Shown here: piece by piece, positions 18,550 to 27,529 of the stretch
How the letters are laid out: each line of letters starts with the position of its first letter
Position numbering within the stretch: the first letter of the stretch is position 1
Source: a virus
Lineage: Duplodnaviria > Caudoviricetes
Strand: one strand, 5' to 3'
IMG/VR virus record: IMGVR_UViG_3300001598_001658
Coordinates: 32,001 to 96,000 of that record
DNA length: 64,000 nt
The notes under the pieces: model-generated
What the model was told of the DNA's origin: nothing
Seen by the model: the letters and a program-made list of their open reading frames with translations, nothing else
Database searches by the model: none
Translations under genes and position numbers: made by a program

Positions 18550-20376
18550 ATGAGTGATGAAAATAACAACGTTATTGAAGATTCAAACACAGAGACTCAG
18601 ATTGATTTCAGCGATTTTGATTCAGAATTCGCAAATGCAAATAAAACTGAAAAAGAAAAAATTATTGCAGAAGTCGAAAGGGAAAAAGAAACAAAATCTG
18701 AACCTGTAGTAGAAAATTCAACAGCTTCTTCTAAACTCGAAGAAGCTATTTCTGAAGAATCAGAAAAGAAACCTATTGTTGAAGAAAAAGTTCCGGAAAA
18801 GAAAGTTTCTAAAAAGAAAGAAACTTCGGTTACACCTGTGTCGGAAGTTGTAAAAGAAGAAAAAACTGAAACTTCTAAAAAGAAATCAGATTTAATCTTA
18901 GATGAGGATGAAATTAAAGAAAGATCTAAGATTGAAATTACTTCAGATGATGTTGAAAATGAAGCTGAAGATGATGAAATTAGATCTATCATCAATTCGC
19001 AGGAACCAAATGCAAGACAGCATCGTGTTGTAGATGATGAATCTGAATCGAAAGAAGATTTTATTATTGATACAGATGAAACCGAAACAATCATTGAAAA
19101 AGAAGAAAAGAAAGAAACTGTTGAAGATATCGAAGAAAAAAGAAAGAAGGTTGATGAATACTTTGAAAAACGCACAGGATTCAAAGTATATGGTGGAGAA
19201 GGCGGAACTGCGTGTATCTTTGCATCAGATAACCCTAATATCAAAGCTCTCAGAGAATTTGATATTCCATCTGATAAAATTAAACCAATTTCAAATTCAA
19301 ACGATTCTCTCAGACAGTCATTCCTTGATCAGTATATCACTTTAAAGAATGCAAAAGATTCTACCGTTGTTGATCATCGAATCACACGTTTCCCGCTGCT
19401 TCTTTCTGGTTATTATGCAGAAATGACAGATTATTCAATGGGCGATCTTACAAAAGTTATTCGTACATTGCGTAATCCTGATTTATCATTTGTTCGTAAA
19501 TTCCAACAGGAATTACTTTCACTTTATGAACACATTTCATGGACAAACCTTAAGCCTGAAGGCGAAAAACTTACATTCGAAGAATGGCTTTCAAGTACAA
19601 AGTATCAAGATCTTGGAATGTTCTATTTTGGAGCATATGATGCTACATATCCTGGTGAAAGTAAATATGATATTACTTGTGGTAACTGTCATCAGTCTTT
19701 TACTGTTTCAAAGAAGAACAGAGCTCTTTCTTATCTGTTACAGAATGGAAAAGATCCAATTCTTACTGACAGATTTATTTATGATGTAATGCATGAAAAG
19801 ATTCCGGCTTCTGAATTCAAAAAGACAATTATTTATTCAAAAGCAAATACTCCTTTTGATGAAAAAGTTCTTTTGCCGCACAATATTAAAGTATCATACA
19901 ACTGTCCTTCACTTCTCGATATTCTTGAATATCTTTCTATTTTTGAAGATGAACTCAGTGAAGATTTCGAAGATCTTGAAGCACTTATCGATGATACAAT
20001 GGATGGACACAATGTACTTGTAATGTACACTATGATCCAGAGCCTTATTCTTCCGGTTAATAAAGGTAAGAATGCTGAAGGTAAAAACGTTATTTCATTC
20101 TATGAACTTTCAACAAAAGTTGAAGATCCAAACGAAAGAATGGAAAATCGTCGACATATCGTAAGTATTTTGAAAACACTTCCAACTGATGAATTTGCTC
20201 AGTTATTTAAAGGTAAAGAAATTGCTGAACGTAAACGTCTTGTTGGTATTACAAATATCTTACACAATATTACTTGTACTGAATGTGGAAGTAATATTTC
20301 ACGTATTCCAATCGATATGCGTGTCAATTTTTTTACACGCGCAGCCACCGCGGTGGATCAGATCGATCAGTATTAG
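18550..20376 (+). CDS. probable tail/baseplate assembly chaperone with two CxxC pairs
   Basis: Long acidic N-terminus; ITCGNC and ITCTECG; ends ...NFFTR over a slippery T7 run. Confidence 0.5.
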   Translation: MSDENNNVIEDSNTETQIDFSDFDSEFANANKTEKEKIIAEVEREKETKSEPVVENSTASSKLEEAISEESEKKPIVEEKVPEKKVSKKKETSVTPVSEVVKEEKTETSKKKSDLILDEDEIKERSKIEITSDDVENEAEDDEIRSIINSQEPNARQHRVVDDESESKEDFIIDTDETETIIEKEEKKETVEDIEEKRKKVDEYFEKRTGFKVYGGEGGTACIFASDNPNIKALREFDIPSDKIKPISNSNDSLRQSFLDQYITLKNAKDSTVVDHRITRFPLLLSGYYAEMTDYSMGDLTKVIRTLRNPDLSFVRKFQQELLSLYEHISWTNLKPEGEKLTFEEWLSSTKYQDLGMFYFGAYDATYPGESKYDITCGNCHQSFTVSKKNRALSYLLQNGKDPILTDRFIYDVMHEKIPASEFKKTIIYSKANTPFDEKVLLPHNIKVSYNCPSLLDILEYLSIFEDELSEDFEDLEALIDDTMDGHNVLVMYTMIQSLILPVNKGKNAEGKNVISFYELSTKVEDPNERMENRRHIVSILKTLPTDEFAQLFKGKEIAERKRLVGITNILHNITCTECGSNISRIPIDMRVNFFTRAATAVDQIDQY

Positions 20377-20714
20377 AAAAAGAGTGGTATGATAGTGTAG
20401 GCGATACTAAAACAGACTTAGATCAAAATATAGCAAAAGCGGTAGACCAAATTGCTAAATTATTAGATTTAAAAGCTGAAGACGTTTACAAATATCCAAT
20501 ACCACTTCTTAATTCTATGGTGGCTGCAAGAACATCGAATCTTAAAGAATCTAGATATCGAGCCGAAAAAGATGGTCAGATCGATGTTTATACAAAAGAA
20601 GAATACTATGGTATGCAAGGTATTGTTCAAATTATTAACTCAATGTTTAGCGGCACTGGTGACAAAACTGATAAACCGAAAGGTGCTCAGAATATGTCAG
20701 CCATGGGTCGTTAG
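20328..20714 (+). CDS. -1 frameshift extension of the 18550 gene (gpGT/E'-like)
   Basis: The frame is open from the T7 run at 20328-20334 to TAG 20714, with no ATG/GTG/TTG until 20517. Confidence 0.6.
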   Translation, partial: FFYTRSHRGGSDRSVLEKEWYDSVGDTKTDLDQNIAKAVDQIAKLLDLKAEDVYKYPIPLLNSMVAARTSNLKESRYRAEKDGQIDVYTKEEYYGMQGIVQIINSMFSGTGDKTDKPKGAQNMSAMGR

Positions 20715-20733
20715 TTAAAATAGGTGGAAGAAT

Positions 20734-21096
20734 ATGGAAAAGCAAAACGCTGAAAAGAAAACCTCTGGACTTAGTGGATTTATTTCTACATTAGGTTCTA
20801 ATATGGGTGTTACTCTTTCTACTCCTAAAAAGAAAGAGAAATTCAATCCGTACTCTGCCGAAAATCAGAAACAGATTCAGGAAGTATATGATGTAATGAG
20901 TTCTTATCAAAATAAAACATCAGAGCAAAATATTATTGTTCCAAAAACTGCGAGTGTATCTAAAAATGGAAAGAACGCTCAGTTTGAATTTGATACAGAA
21001 CTGAAGGCAGAAGTATTTGATGAAATTGTTGAAAACAAAGGATTGAAAAATATATCTTTGGATCAAACATCAAAAGTAATTGAAATTACTAAATAA
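20734..21096 (+). CDS. hypothetical protein
   Basis: 120-aa ORF in the operon. Confidence 0.7.
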   Translation: MEKQNAEKKTSGLSGFISTLGSNMGVTLSTPKKKEKFNPYSAENQKQIQEVYDVMSSYQNKTSEQNIIVPKTASVSKNGKNAQFEFDTELKAEVFDEIVENKGLKNISLDQTSKVIEITK

Positions 21097-21106
21097 GGAG
21101 ACATAA

Positions 21107-23005
21107 ATGATTTCGAATCAGATTGGAACAGGAAATATTAACCTTGTTGATCATGAAACGCTTAAACGAATCATCGAAGATGTACTCGGTGACATCGGAA
21201 GTGTAAAATCTACACTTGGACCAGGTGGTAAAGCAAATCTTATTCATGATGCAGGAACTACATCTTTATATCAGTCGAAAGATGGTTATCGAATTGTAAT
21301 GGATATGCATTACAATGATTATTTCTATGATGCTGTAAGTAAACTTATTAAAGATGCTTCTGCTCATAATAATGCAATCATCGGCGATGGAACTACATCT
21401 GCAGTTGTAATTCTCGAAGCATTCTACAAAAAACTTGAAAAAGTTGTTTCTTCACATGCAGAAGGTTTTGAACACATTTCACTTACTGGTGTAGTAAATA
21501 TTCTTGAAGCTCTTAAAGTTGTACTTAAAGAAGAGCTTATTTCAAACGGTTATATCAACTTCCTTAATAAATTTGATGTTGATGTACAAAAGAAAATTAT
21601 CGTGAAAGTTGCAACTATTGCAGCAAACAACGATAGAACAATTGGTGAATATTGTGCTAAACTCTTTGATAAAATTATTGAAGAACAGAGCGGAGAGCAG
21701 TTATTTGTTGAAATTACACCTAACTATGCAAATGACACTAGTGAAAACAACGAAGTTGGTTTCCATATGCCACATTCATATTATGAACGTATTTTCACAA
21801 CAGAACCTGATCGCTCAACTGCAAAATATACTGAACCGAGATTTCTTATGATTGAAGGTGCAATTACAGATGCAGAAGAATCTGTTATTATGCCAGTAAT
21901 CGATTATGTGTGTGGTATGCAGGAACAGCCTCTCGTAATTGTAGCTTCTGATTATTCTTCAAAGATTCAGGAACTTTTATATAAGCTTCGACTTGGTGGA
22001 ACAATTTTTGAAGGAACCGACAAACAAGGTCGTCCTATGCAGTTTGCAAGACCCGAATACAAGATTTTGCCAATCATTATGAGTGTTGGTGATGATGAAA
22101 GTCATGAACGTTATGGTGATCTTGAAGCAACAATCGGTGGCCATGCAATTCCTGCCGTTACACAGACATGGGATTCAATCGGATCTACTCCTACAGAATG
22201 GGAACGTGTTCTCGGACGTTCTGAAAGAATTATTTGTGTTGAACATGAAACAAGTATTATTGGCGGATATGGTGATCCTGATGTTATCAAAGCTCGCGCA
22301 AAACAGCTTGAGGATGAACTTAAACATATGCAGTTTATAACTGATATGGGTGCTTCTGAACTGCGAAAAGCAAGATACCAGGACCGTCTCGGTATGCTTA
22401 AATCTAACATGGTTGCTATCCGTGTCGGTGGCGACACATTTAAGGAAAGACAGTATAACTGTTTGGTTTACGAAGATGCAATTTATGCCGTAAACTCTAC
22501 AATCAGAAACGGTTTTACTCTTGCCGGTCAGACATCATTGCGACATCTTGTTACTCATAGAGCCGACGAGATTACAGATAAAGTAATTGAAAAACTTCAC
22601 GCTGAAGGTCGTAATGTTACATTCGGTATTCATCGCGATGATGCTCTTAAATCTGCAATTCATAGAATTCTTGAAGTTATCGCAGAAACAATCAATACTG
22701 CTTATGAACAGGCACTTGCAAATGCTATTTTCGACAAAGATGAAATTGAAGAAATTAAGAAAAAGATTTATGATTCTGAACTTAAAAAACCAATTTCATA
22801 TAATCTGATGACTGCTGATACAGAAGAATTGGATTTAAATGAAGAATGCAATATGCTCGTTGCTGGTAACACTGATTACGAAACTTTCTCAGCAATTGTT
22901 GGTATTACAAGTATTTTCTTGAATACTGACAATCTTGAAACATTATACATTCCTGTACGTGCTACACCGGAAGAAATCGCAATTCAGGGTAGAAATAAAG
23001 CATAA
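21107..23005 (+). CDS. groEL: GroEL-like phage chaperonin
   Basis: STLGPGG, SKDG, IGDGTTSA, IAANND, IRVGG...EDAIYA. Confidence 0.9.
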   Translation: MISNQIGTGNINLVDHETLKRIIEDVLGDIGSVKSTLGPGGKANLIHDAGTTSLYQSKDGYRIVMDMHYNDYFYDAVSKLIKDASAHNNAIIGDGTTSAVVILEAFYKKLEKVVSSHAEGFEHISLTGVVNILEALKVVLKEELISNGYINFLNKFDVDVQKKIIVKVATIAANNDRTIGEYCAKLFDKIIEEQSGEQLFVEITPNYANDTSENNEVGFHMPHSYYERIFTTEPDRSTAKYTEPRFLMIEGAITDAEESVIMPVIDYVCGMQEQPLVIVASDYSSKIQELLYKLRLGGTIFEGTDKQGRPMQFARPEYKILPIIMSVGDDESHERYGDLEATIGGHAIPAVTQTWDSIGSTPTEWERVLGRSERIICVEHETSIIGGYGDPDVIKARAKQLEDELKHMQFITDMGASELRKARYQDRLGMLKSNMVAIRVGGDTFKERQYNCLVYEDAIYAVNSTIRNGFTLAGQTSLRHLVTHRADEITDKVIEKLHAEGRNVTFGIHRDDALKSAIHRILEVIAETINTAYEQALANAIFDKDEIEEIKKKIYDSELKKPISYNLMTADTEELDLNEECNMLVAGNTDYETFSAIVGITSIFLNTDNLETLYIPVRATPEEIAIQGRNKA

Positions 23006-23019
23006 ATAAAATTCCATAT

Positions 23020-23053
23020 AAAGAACCACCTAATTTTTAGGTGGTTCTTTTTT
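23020..23053 (+). terminator. intrinsic terminator
   Basis: Stem AAGAACCACCTAA/TTAGGTGGTTCTT plus T tract. Confidence 0.8.
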
Positions 23054-23134
23054 CGTAATAATCATATATTTTATTCACATATTATATTGTGAATCATATA
23101 TATAGATTCATAAAAATAATTTAGGGGGACAACT

Positions 23135-23437
23135 ATGGATAAAGTTGTTATGGGTGGTGTTAAAATCGCAGCAAAAGATGTACTAAATGTACTCGTACCA
23201 AAAATGTGTACAAGAGAAGCTAAACTAGTTATATTTAGAGGTATCTTCACACGTTTAAACAAAGGTCTGATAAAGGCCGATACAGTTTTCGATGAGAAAT
23301 TCATCAGAAGCTGTTATAATACAGACGCATTTTATGTGTCTGACGGTACAGGCTGTATGACGTTAGATAAAAACGGTGAACTCGATAATACAATCGGGTT
23401 CATTTATAAACTTAGAGATGTAAAAGCACAACTCTAA
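23135..23437 (+). CDS. hypothetical protein
   Basis: AGGGG RBS; flanked by a promoter variant and a terminator. Confidence 0.65.
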   Translation: MDKVVMGGVKIAAKDVLNVLVPKMCTREAKLVIFRGIFTRLNKGLIKADTVFDEKFIRSCYNTDAFYVSDGTGCMTLDKNGELDNTIGFIYKLRDVKAQL

Positions 23438-23447
23438 GTACAACCCC

Positions 23448-23487
23448 AAAAAAGAACAGGAGAAATCCTGTTCTTTTTTTATTTTTT
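23448..23487 (+). terminator. intrinsic terminator
   Basis: Stem AAAAGAACAGG/CCTGTTCTTTT plus T tract. Confidence 0.75.
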
Positions 23488-23522
23488 ATCTTACATTTAA
23501 ATATAATTAAAGGAGGTTCCAA

Positions 23523-24047
23523 ATGGGAATTCATAGAGAATTGGAATTATTAAATCCAGAACTTAAAGCAGCAGTTTTAAGAACTTTTAAAACTTTAGAT
23601 TCTGTAAATTTTAAATATCTTGTAAGTGAAACGCTTAGAGATAAAGAAGTACAGGAAGCATATTTTGCTCAAGGTAGAAAGAGTTTAGAAGAAGTAAATG
23701 CTCTTCGTAAGAAAGTCGGATTGTATCTTCTTAAAGAAGCTGAAAATTTAAAAACAGTTACAAATTGTGATGGAGTTAAACATCTTTCAAATCATCAATG
23801 TAGAGATGGAAGTGGACTCGGATCAGCAATTGATATTGTACCTGCATATGAAGACAATCAGGGAAGATTAAACTTCTGGTGGGCTGCTCCTCAGTCTGTA
23901 TGGGAATATCTCGGTCATATTGCTGAAAGCTGTGGTCTCGATTGGTGTTATGGTGGAAAAGGTGAACATTGGGGTTGGGATTCTCCTCACTTTGAATTAT
24001 TAAAAGATTTTGTTGTTGAAGAACCAAAGAAAATGGAAGGTTGTTGA
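23523..24047 (+). CDS. endolysin, M15 (L-Ala-D-Glu peptidase type) zinc peptidase
   Basis: ETLR...Q..YFAQGR, SNH, AID, WDSPHFE. Confidence 0.85.
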   Translation: MGIHRELELLNPELKAAVLRTFKTLDSVNFKYLVSETLRDKEVQEAYFAQGRKSLEEVNALRKKVGLYLLKEAENLKTVTNCDGVKHLSNHQCRDGSGLGSAIDIVPAYEDNQGRLNFWWAAPQSVWEYLGHIAESCGLDWCYGGKGEHWGWDSPHFELLKDFVVEEPKKMEGC

Positions 24048-24049
24048 CT

Positions 24050-24940
24050 ATGGAATCTTATAAAAATCTTGTTAAAGAAATTCTTGAAAAAGGAAAATTA
24101 AAACACAATAGAACCGGAATCGATACATTATCTATTTCTGGGTATATGTTTACTCATGATATGAGCGAAGGTTTTCCTTTACTTACATCTAAGAAAATGC
24201 CTTATAAATGTATTTTTTCAGAGCTTGAATTTTTCTTAAAAGGTAAACATGATAAAAAATGGCTTCAGGAAAACAAGAATCATATTTGGGATGATTGGTG
24301 TTGTCCACGATTGGTTCCTTATAGTAATGATGCCGTTACAAAAGAAAAAATGAAAAATGAATCCGAACTCGGGCCTATTTATGGTGTTCAATGGAGAAAT
24401 TTTGACACTTGGATCGATTGGGGTTTAGATAAAGCAGAAAAAATGACGATTCAAAATACAGGCAAAGATCAACTTAAATATGTAGTAGATTTGATTAAAT
24501 CTAATCCGGAATCTAGAAGAATAATTTGTAGCGCTTGGAATCCAAATCAACTTCAAGATATGGCTCTCCCCCCATGTCATGTAATGTGGCAAGTTCTTAT
24601 CAATACAGAAGATAATACTATGGATCTTATTTGGTATCAGCGTTCAGTGGATACTATGTTAGGATTGCCATTTAACATTGCATCTTATGCTGCTCTTCTT
24701 GAATTATTGTGTCTCGAATCGGGCAAATATAAACCAGGTAAATTGATTGGTATGCTCGCAGATGTTCATATTTATACAAATCATATTGAAGGTGCAAAAG
24801 TACAACTCGAACGGCCAACTCATAAATTACCTACATTTAAAGTTGAAAATTTTAGTAGTATCTTTGATTTTGATTATAAAAATGTAAAAATTGAAGGTTA
24901 TGAATCTGAAGAAAAAATAAATTTTGAAATAGCGGTGTAA
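24050..24940 (+). CDS. thyA: thymidylate synthase
   Basis: NRTGIDT, FPLLT, LGPIYGVQWR, SRR, LPPCH, YQRSVD, GLPFNIASY, DVHIYTNH. Confidence 0.97.
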   Translation: MESYKNLVKEILEKGKLKHNRTGIDTLSISGYMFTHDMSEGFPLLTSKKMPYKCIFSELEFFLKGKHDKKWLQENKNHIWDDWCCPRLVPYSNDAVTKEKMKNESELGPIYGVQWRNFDTWIDWGLDKAEKMTIQNTGKDQLKYVVDLIKSNPESRRIICSAWNPNQLQDMALPPCHVMWQVLINTEDNTMDLIWYQRSVDTMLGLPFNIASYAALLELLCLESGKYKPGKLIGMLADVHIYTNHIEGAKVQLERPTHKLPTFKVENFSSIFDFDYKNVKIEGYESEEKINFEIAV

Positions 24941-24943
24941 ACT

Positions 24944-25459
24944 ATGGGATTTGTTAAAACTATAATTATAGGCGCAATGTCTATAAATGAAGTTATTGGT
25001 AAAAATAATGATTTGCCTTGGAAAGATAGGAAAGATTTAAAATGGGATATGGAACACTTTAAACGAACCACATCGAATCATATTGTAGTTATGGGTTATA
25101 ATACATTTCAGTCATTAGGATCGAAACCACTTCCTAATAGAATAAATTATGTTATTACTCATGGACCTAAAGCATCTGCATTCGATAATCTTATATTTAT
25201 AGATTCTATAGAAGAAGCTATAAATCATATACAACGGTACAATCAGGGTGAAAATGAAGTATATATAATTGGAGGCGAAAAGCTTTATACTGAGGCTTTG
25301 GAAAAAGATATCGTTGATGAAATTATTATTACTGTAATTAAAGACCAATGCGATGGAGATAAATATTTCCCTGTTAAATTAGCAAAAGATTTTCATATTT
25401 ATAATAAAATAGAAAAAGCTGAAGGATTTATTTTATATCTTAAACGAAATAATGATTAA
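24944..25459 (+). CDS. folA: dihydrofolate reductase
   Basis: VIGKNNDLPW, DMEHFK, VVMG, PLPNRIN, IIGG, GDKYFP. Confidence 0.95.
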   Translation: MGFVKTIIIGAMSINEVIGKNNDLPWKDRKDLKWDMEHFKRTTSNHIVVMGYNTFQSLGSKPLPNRINYVITHGPKASAFDNLIFIDSIEEAINHIQRYNQGENEVYIIGGEKLYTEALEKDIVDEIIITVIKDQCDGDKYFPVKLAKDFHIYNKIEKAEGFILYLKRNND

Positions 25460-25522
25460 TTATTAATATATATTATCTTTTGAATATAAAAAATAAAAAT
25501 TTTATTATCCAGGAGGTATTAT

Positions 25523-25714
25523 ATGGATAGAACAGAAAATGCAAAGGAAGGTCTCGAGAATTTTCTTGAGACTTTTAGGGAGAAAAATAAAGATGTCACA
25601 CGATACGGTAGTGAAAGAGCTGTAGAAGCAGTGACTGGCGGAGATAAAAACGAGAAAAAATTTAGTCAGACTAAAATCTCTGATAGAGAAATTACATCTG
25701 ACGGAATCAAATAA
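25523..25714 (+). CDS. small hypothetical protein (putative early gene)
   Basis: AGGAGG RBS, ATATATTAT upstream. Confidence 0.65.
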   Translation: MDRTENAKEGLENFLETFREKNKDVTRYGSERAVEAVTGGDKNEKKFSQTKISDREITSDGIK

Positions 25715-25715
25715 A

Positions 25716-25940
25716 ATGAAGGTTAAAATTTCTATCCCAGCGACTATGAACACTTTGTGGATAGGAAAACCAACATATACATCTACTTCTGACGATAATA
25801 TGTCGGAAGAAGATTATAATGAAGCAAAAGGAAATCAAGAAAATCATGATTATGATGAATATCCCGATACATTTTATGACGAAGAACTAGGTAGAGATGT
25901 AGAATACTACAAAGGTCTAAGATCTTTATTGGAAATTTAA
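25716..25940 (+). CDS. small acidic hypothetical protein
   Basis: Coupled to the upstream ORF; followed by hairpin 25946-25975. Confidence 0.55.
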   Translation: MKVKISIPATMNTLWIGKPTYTSTSDDNMSEEDYNEAKGNQENHDYDEYPDTFYDEELGRDVEYYKGLRSLLEI

Positions 25941-25993
25941 ATAACATAGACATGAGGATATGCCCTCATGTCTATTATTTTTTGGAGGAAAGT

Positions 25994-26680
25994 ATGATAG
26001 TCGATGTAGATGAAGAAAAATATAAATATTTAAAAATTGGTTTATGCGATTATTCTTTATTAAGACAAATAATAAAAAAACAATATGATCATTGTAAAGA
26101 ATATCCATCTGATATTAAAATGATTAGAAAATTTTTTACAAATTATCCACAATCCGGTTTTGGATCTCCTGAGGTTGAAAGATTTATACAATATGTGCAG
26201 ATGTTTATCAACGCATTTGTTCCAAATCCAGTTACACAAAGAAATTCAACAAATATATTTAATGCTATATATTCATATGGAAATGATTCACACGATAATA
26301 TATATTTTAATATGCTTAAAGAAAGATTTGATTCAACAAACTCAGAAATTATAAAATCTTTAAATCAATATTTTGATTTTGAAACAGATAAAGTTAAGTT
26401 GTCAACATTTTATAAAATTCCTGAATATTTTGAATATCATATAAAACGAGCATTAAATTTAACTAGATTCGATAGAGAAAATTTTATGAAATCAGCATTT
26501 TATAAAACCTATATATCTGGATCTTATATCAATCCTACATCTGTAGATTTTGATTCATACGATATTAAAATGAATCAAAAATATTGGGATAAATATACTT
26601 TGGAAGGCGTAGCTGAATTAATAAACGAAACACCCATGACATCGTTAGCTGGAGTAGAAAAATTCACAAGAGGCATTTAA
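25994..26680 (+). CDS. hypothetical protein
   Basis: Start moved to ATG 25994 behind GGAGGA; the upstream ATG lies inside a terminator-like hairpin. Confidence 0.7.
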   Translation: MIVDVDEEKYKYLKIGLCDYSLLRQIIKKQYDHCKEYPSDIKMIRKFFTNYPQSGFGSPEVERFIQYVQMFINAFVPNPVTQRNSTNIFNAIYSYGNDSHDNIYFNMLKERFDSTNSEIIKSLNQYFDFETDKVKLSTFYKIPEYFEYHIKRALNLTRFDRENFMKSAFYKTYISGSYINPTSVDFDSYDIKMNQKYWDKYTLEGVAELINETPMTSLAGVEKFTRGI

Positions 26681-26687
26681 AAATAAA

Positions 26688-26713
26688 ACTCTACCCCATA
26701 TATAGGGTAGAGT
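26688..26713. terminator. bidirectional terminator
   Basis: Stem ACTCTACCC/GGGTAGAGT between convergent genes. Confidence 0.7.
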
Positions 26714-26721
26714 ATATTTTA

Positions 26722-27435
26722 TTATTCTTTTCGTTTTGGAGTTAAGACACGACTTTTTAAACATGCACCCTGCATGAATGTTCGAACAGTTTCCAATGAT
26801 TGAGAATCATTTAAATTAACATTACAATCACTATAATTAACCATTCCATGCTGTTCAATTTGATTCAACATTTTCATTTTACCAGGCATGTTATCTGCAC
26901 GAATAGTAAGCATCTCTTTTAATGTCTCAGTTTGATTGGTTGTAACGAGAGATGATGTTTGCATATCACCAATAGATGCAGCTTTACTATCACCTGTTAC
27001 CTGACCAGTTAATGGGTTACTGTGTTCTGTTGTACCGGCTGAGAAGTTTTTATGTTGTAAGAACTGTTGCATCTTACGAATATAAATAACTACTACAGGA
27101 ACAGGTGTAGCTGTAACAACAGGATGTTCTGGATCATCAGGATTAAGATGTGGAAAAGCAACATATTCTCTTAATTTAACATTATATTTTTTAGCAACTT
27201 TTTCAATATGTGAAATATCTACTACTTTATCGGTAGCTGTACTTGATTGATCGAGATCAACTGAAATATGAGTTTTAGCTGGATCTTCGTACATATTTCT
27301 CATAAAGATATCGAAGTCTTTATCAGACATTGTTGAAAATCTATATTTCCAAGGTTCAATATTTACCCCACTAGGATCGAGATCTTTAATCAATTGTAAT
27401 ATCTGTGCTTCGGCTTTCTTTCTTTTATCATTCAT
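26722..27435 (-). CDS. rpoB: RNA polymerase beta subunit C-terminal fragment (small subunit, probably virion RNAP)
   Basis: YIRKMQQ, NPLTGQVTG, IGDMQ and LKEMLTIRAD correspond to the RpoB C-terminal motifs (GEME, LQEMLTVKSD). Confidence 0.75.
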   Translation of the reverse strand: MNDKRKKAEAQILQLIKDLDPSGVNIEPWKYRFSTMSDKDFDIFMRNMYEDPAKTHISVDLDQSSTATDKVVDISHIEKVAKKYNVKLREYVAFPHLNPDDPEHPVVTATPVPVVVIYIRKMQQFLQHKNFSAGTTEHSNPLTGQVTGDSKAASIGDMQTSSLVTTNQTETLKEMLTIRADNMPGKMKMLNQIEQHGMVNYSDCNVNLNDSQSLETVRTFMQGACLKSRVLTPKRKE

Positions 27436-27529
27436 ATTATAGCCTCTCAATATTTATCTATATTTAATTGTCGTTTGTATTTTTATAAAATCTGTATCAA
27501 ACACCTAATATAAATTTATATTATTATTT

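Noticed and set aside
24050-24940. thyA as a dUMP/dCMP hydroxymethylase for modified DNA
   Set aside because: All canonical ThyA motifs, including PFN, are present and DHFR is adjacent.
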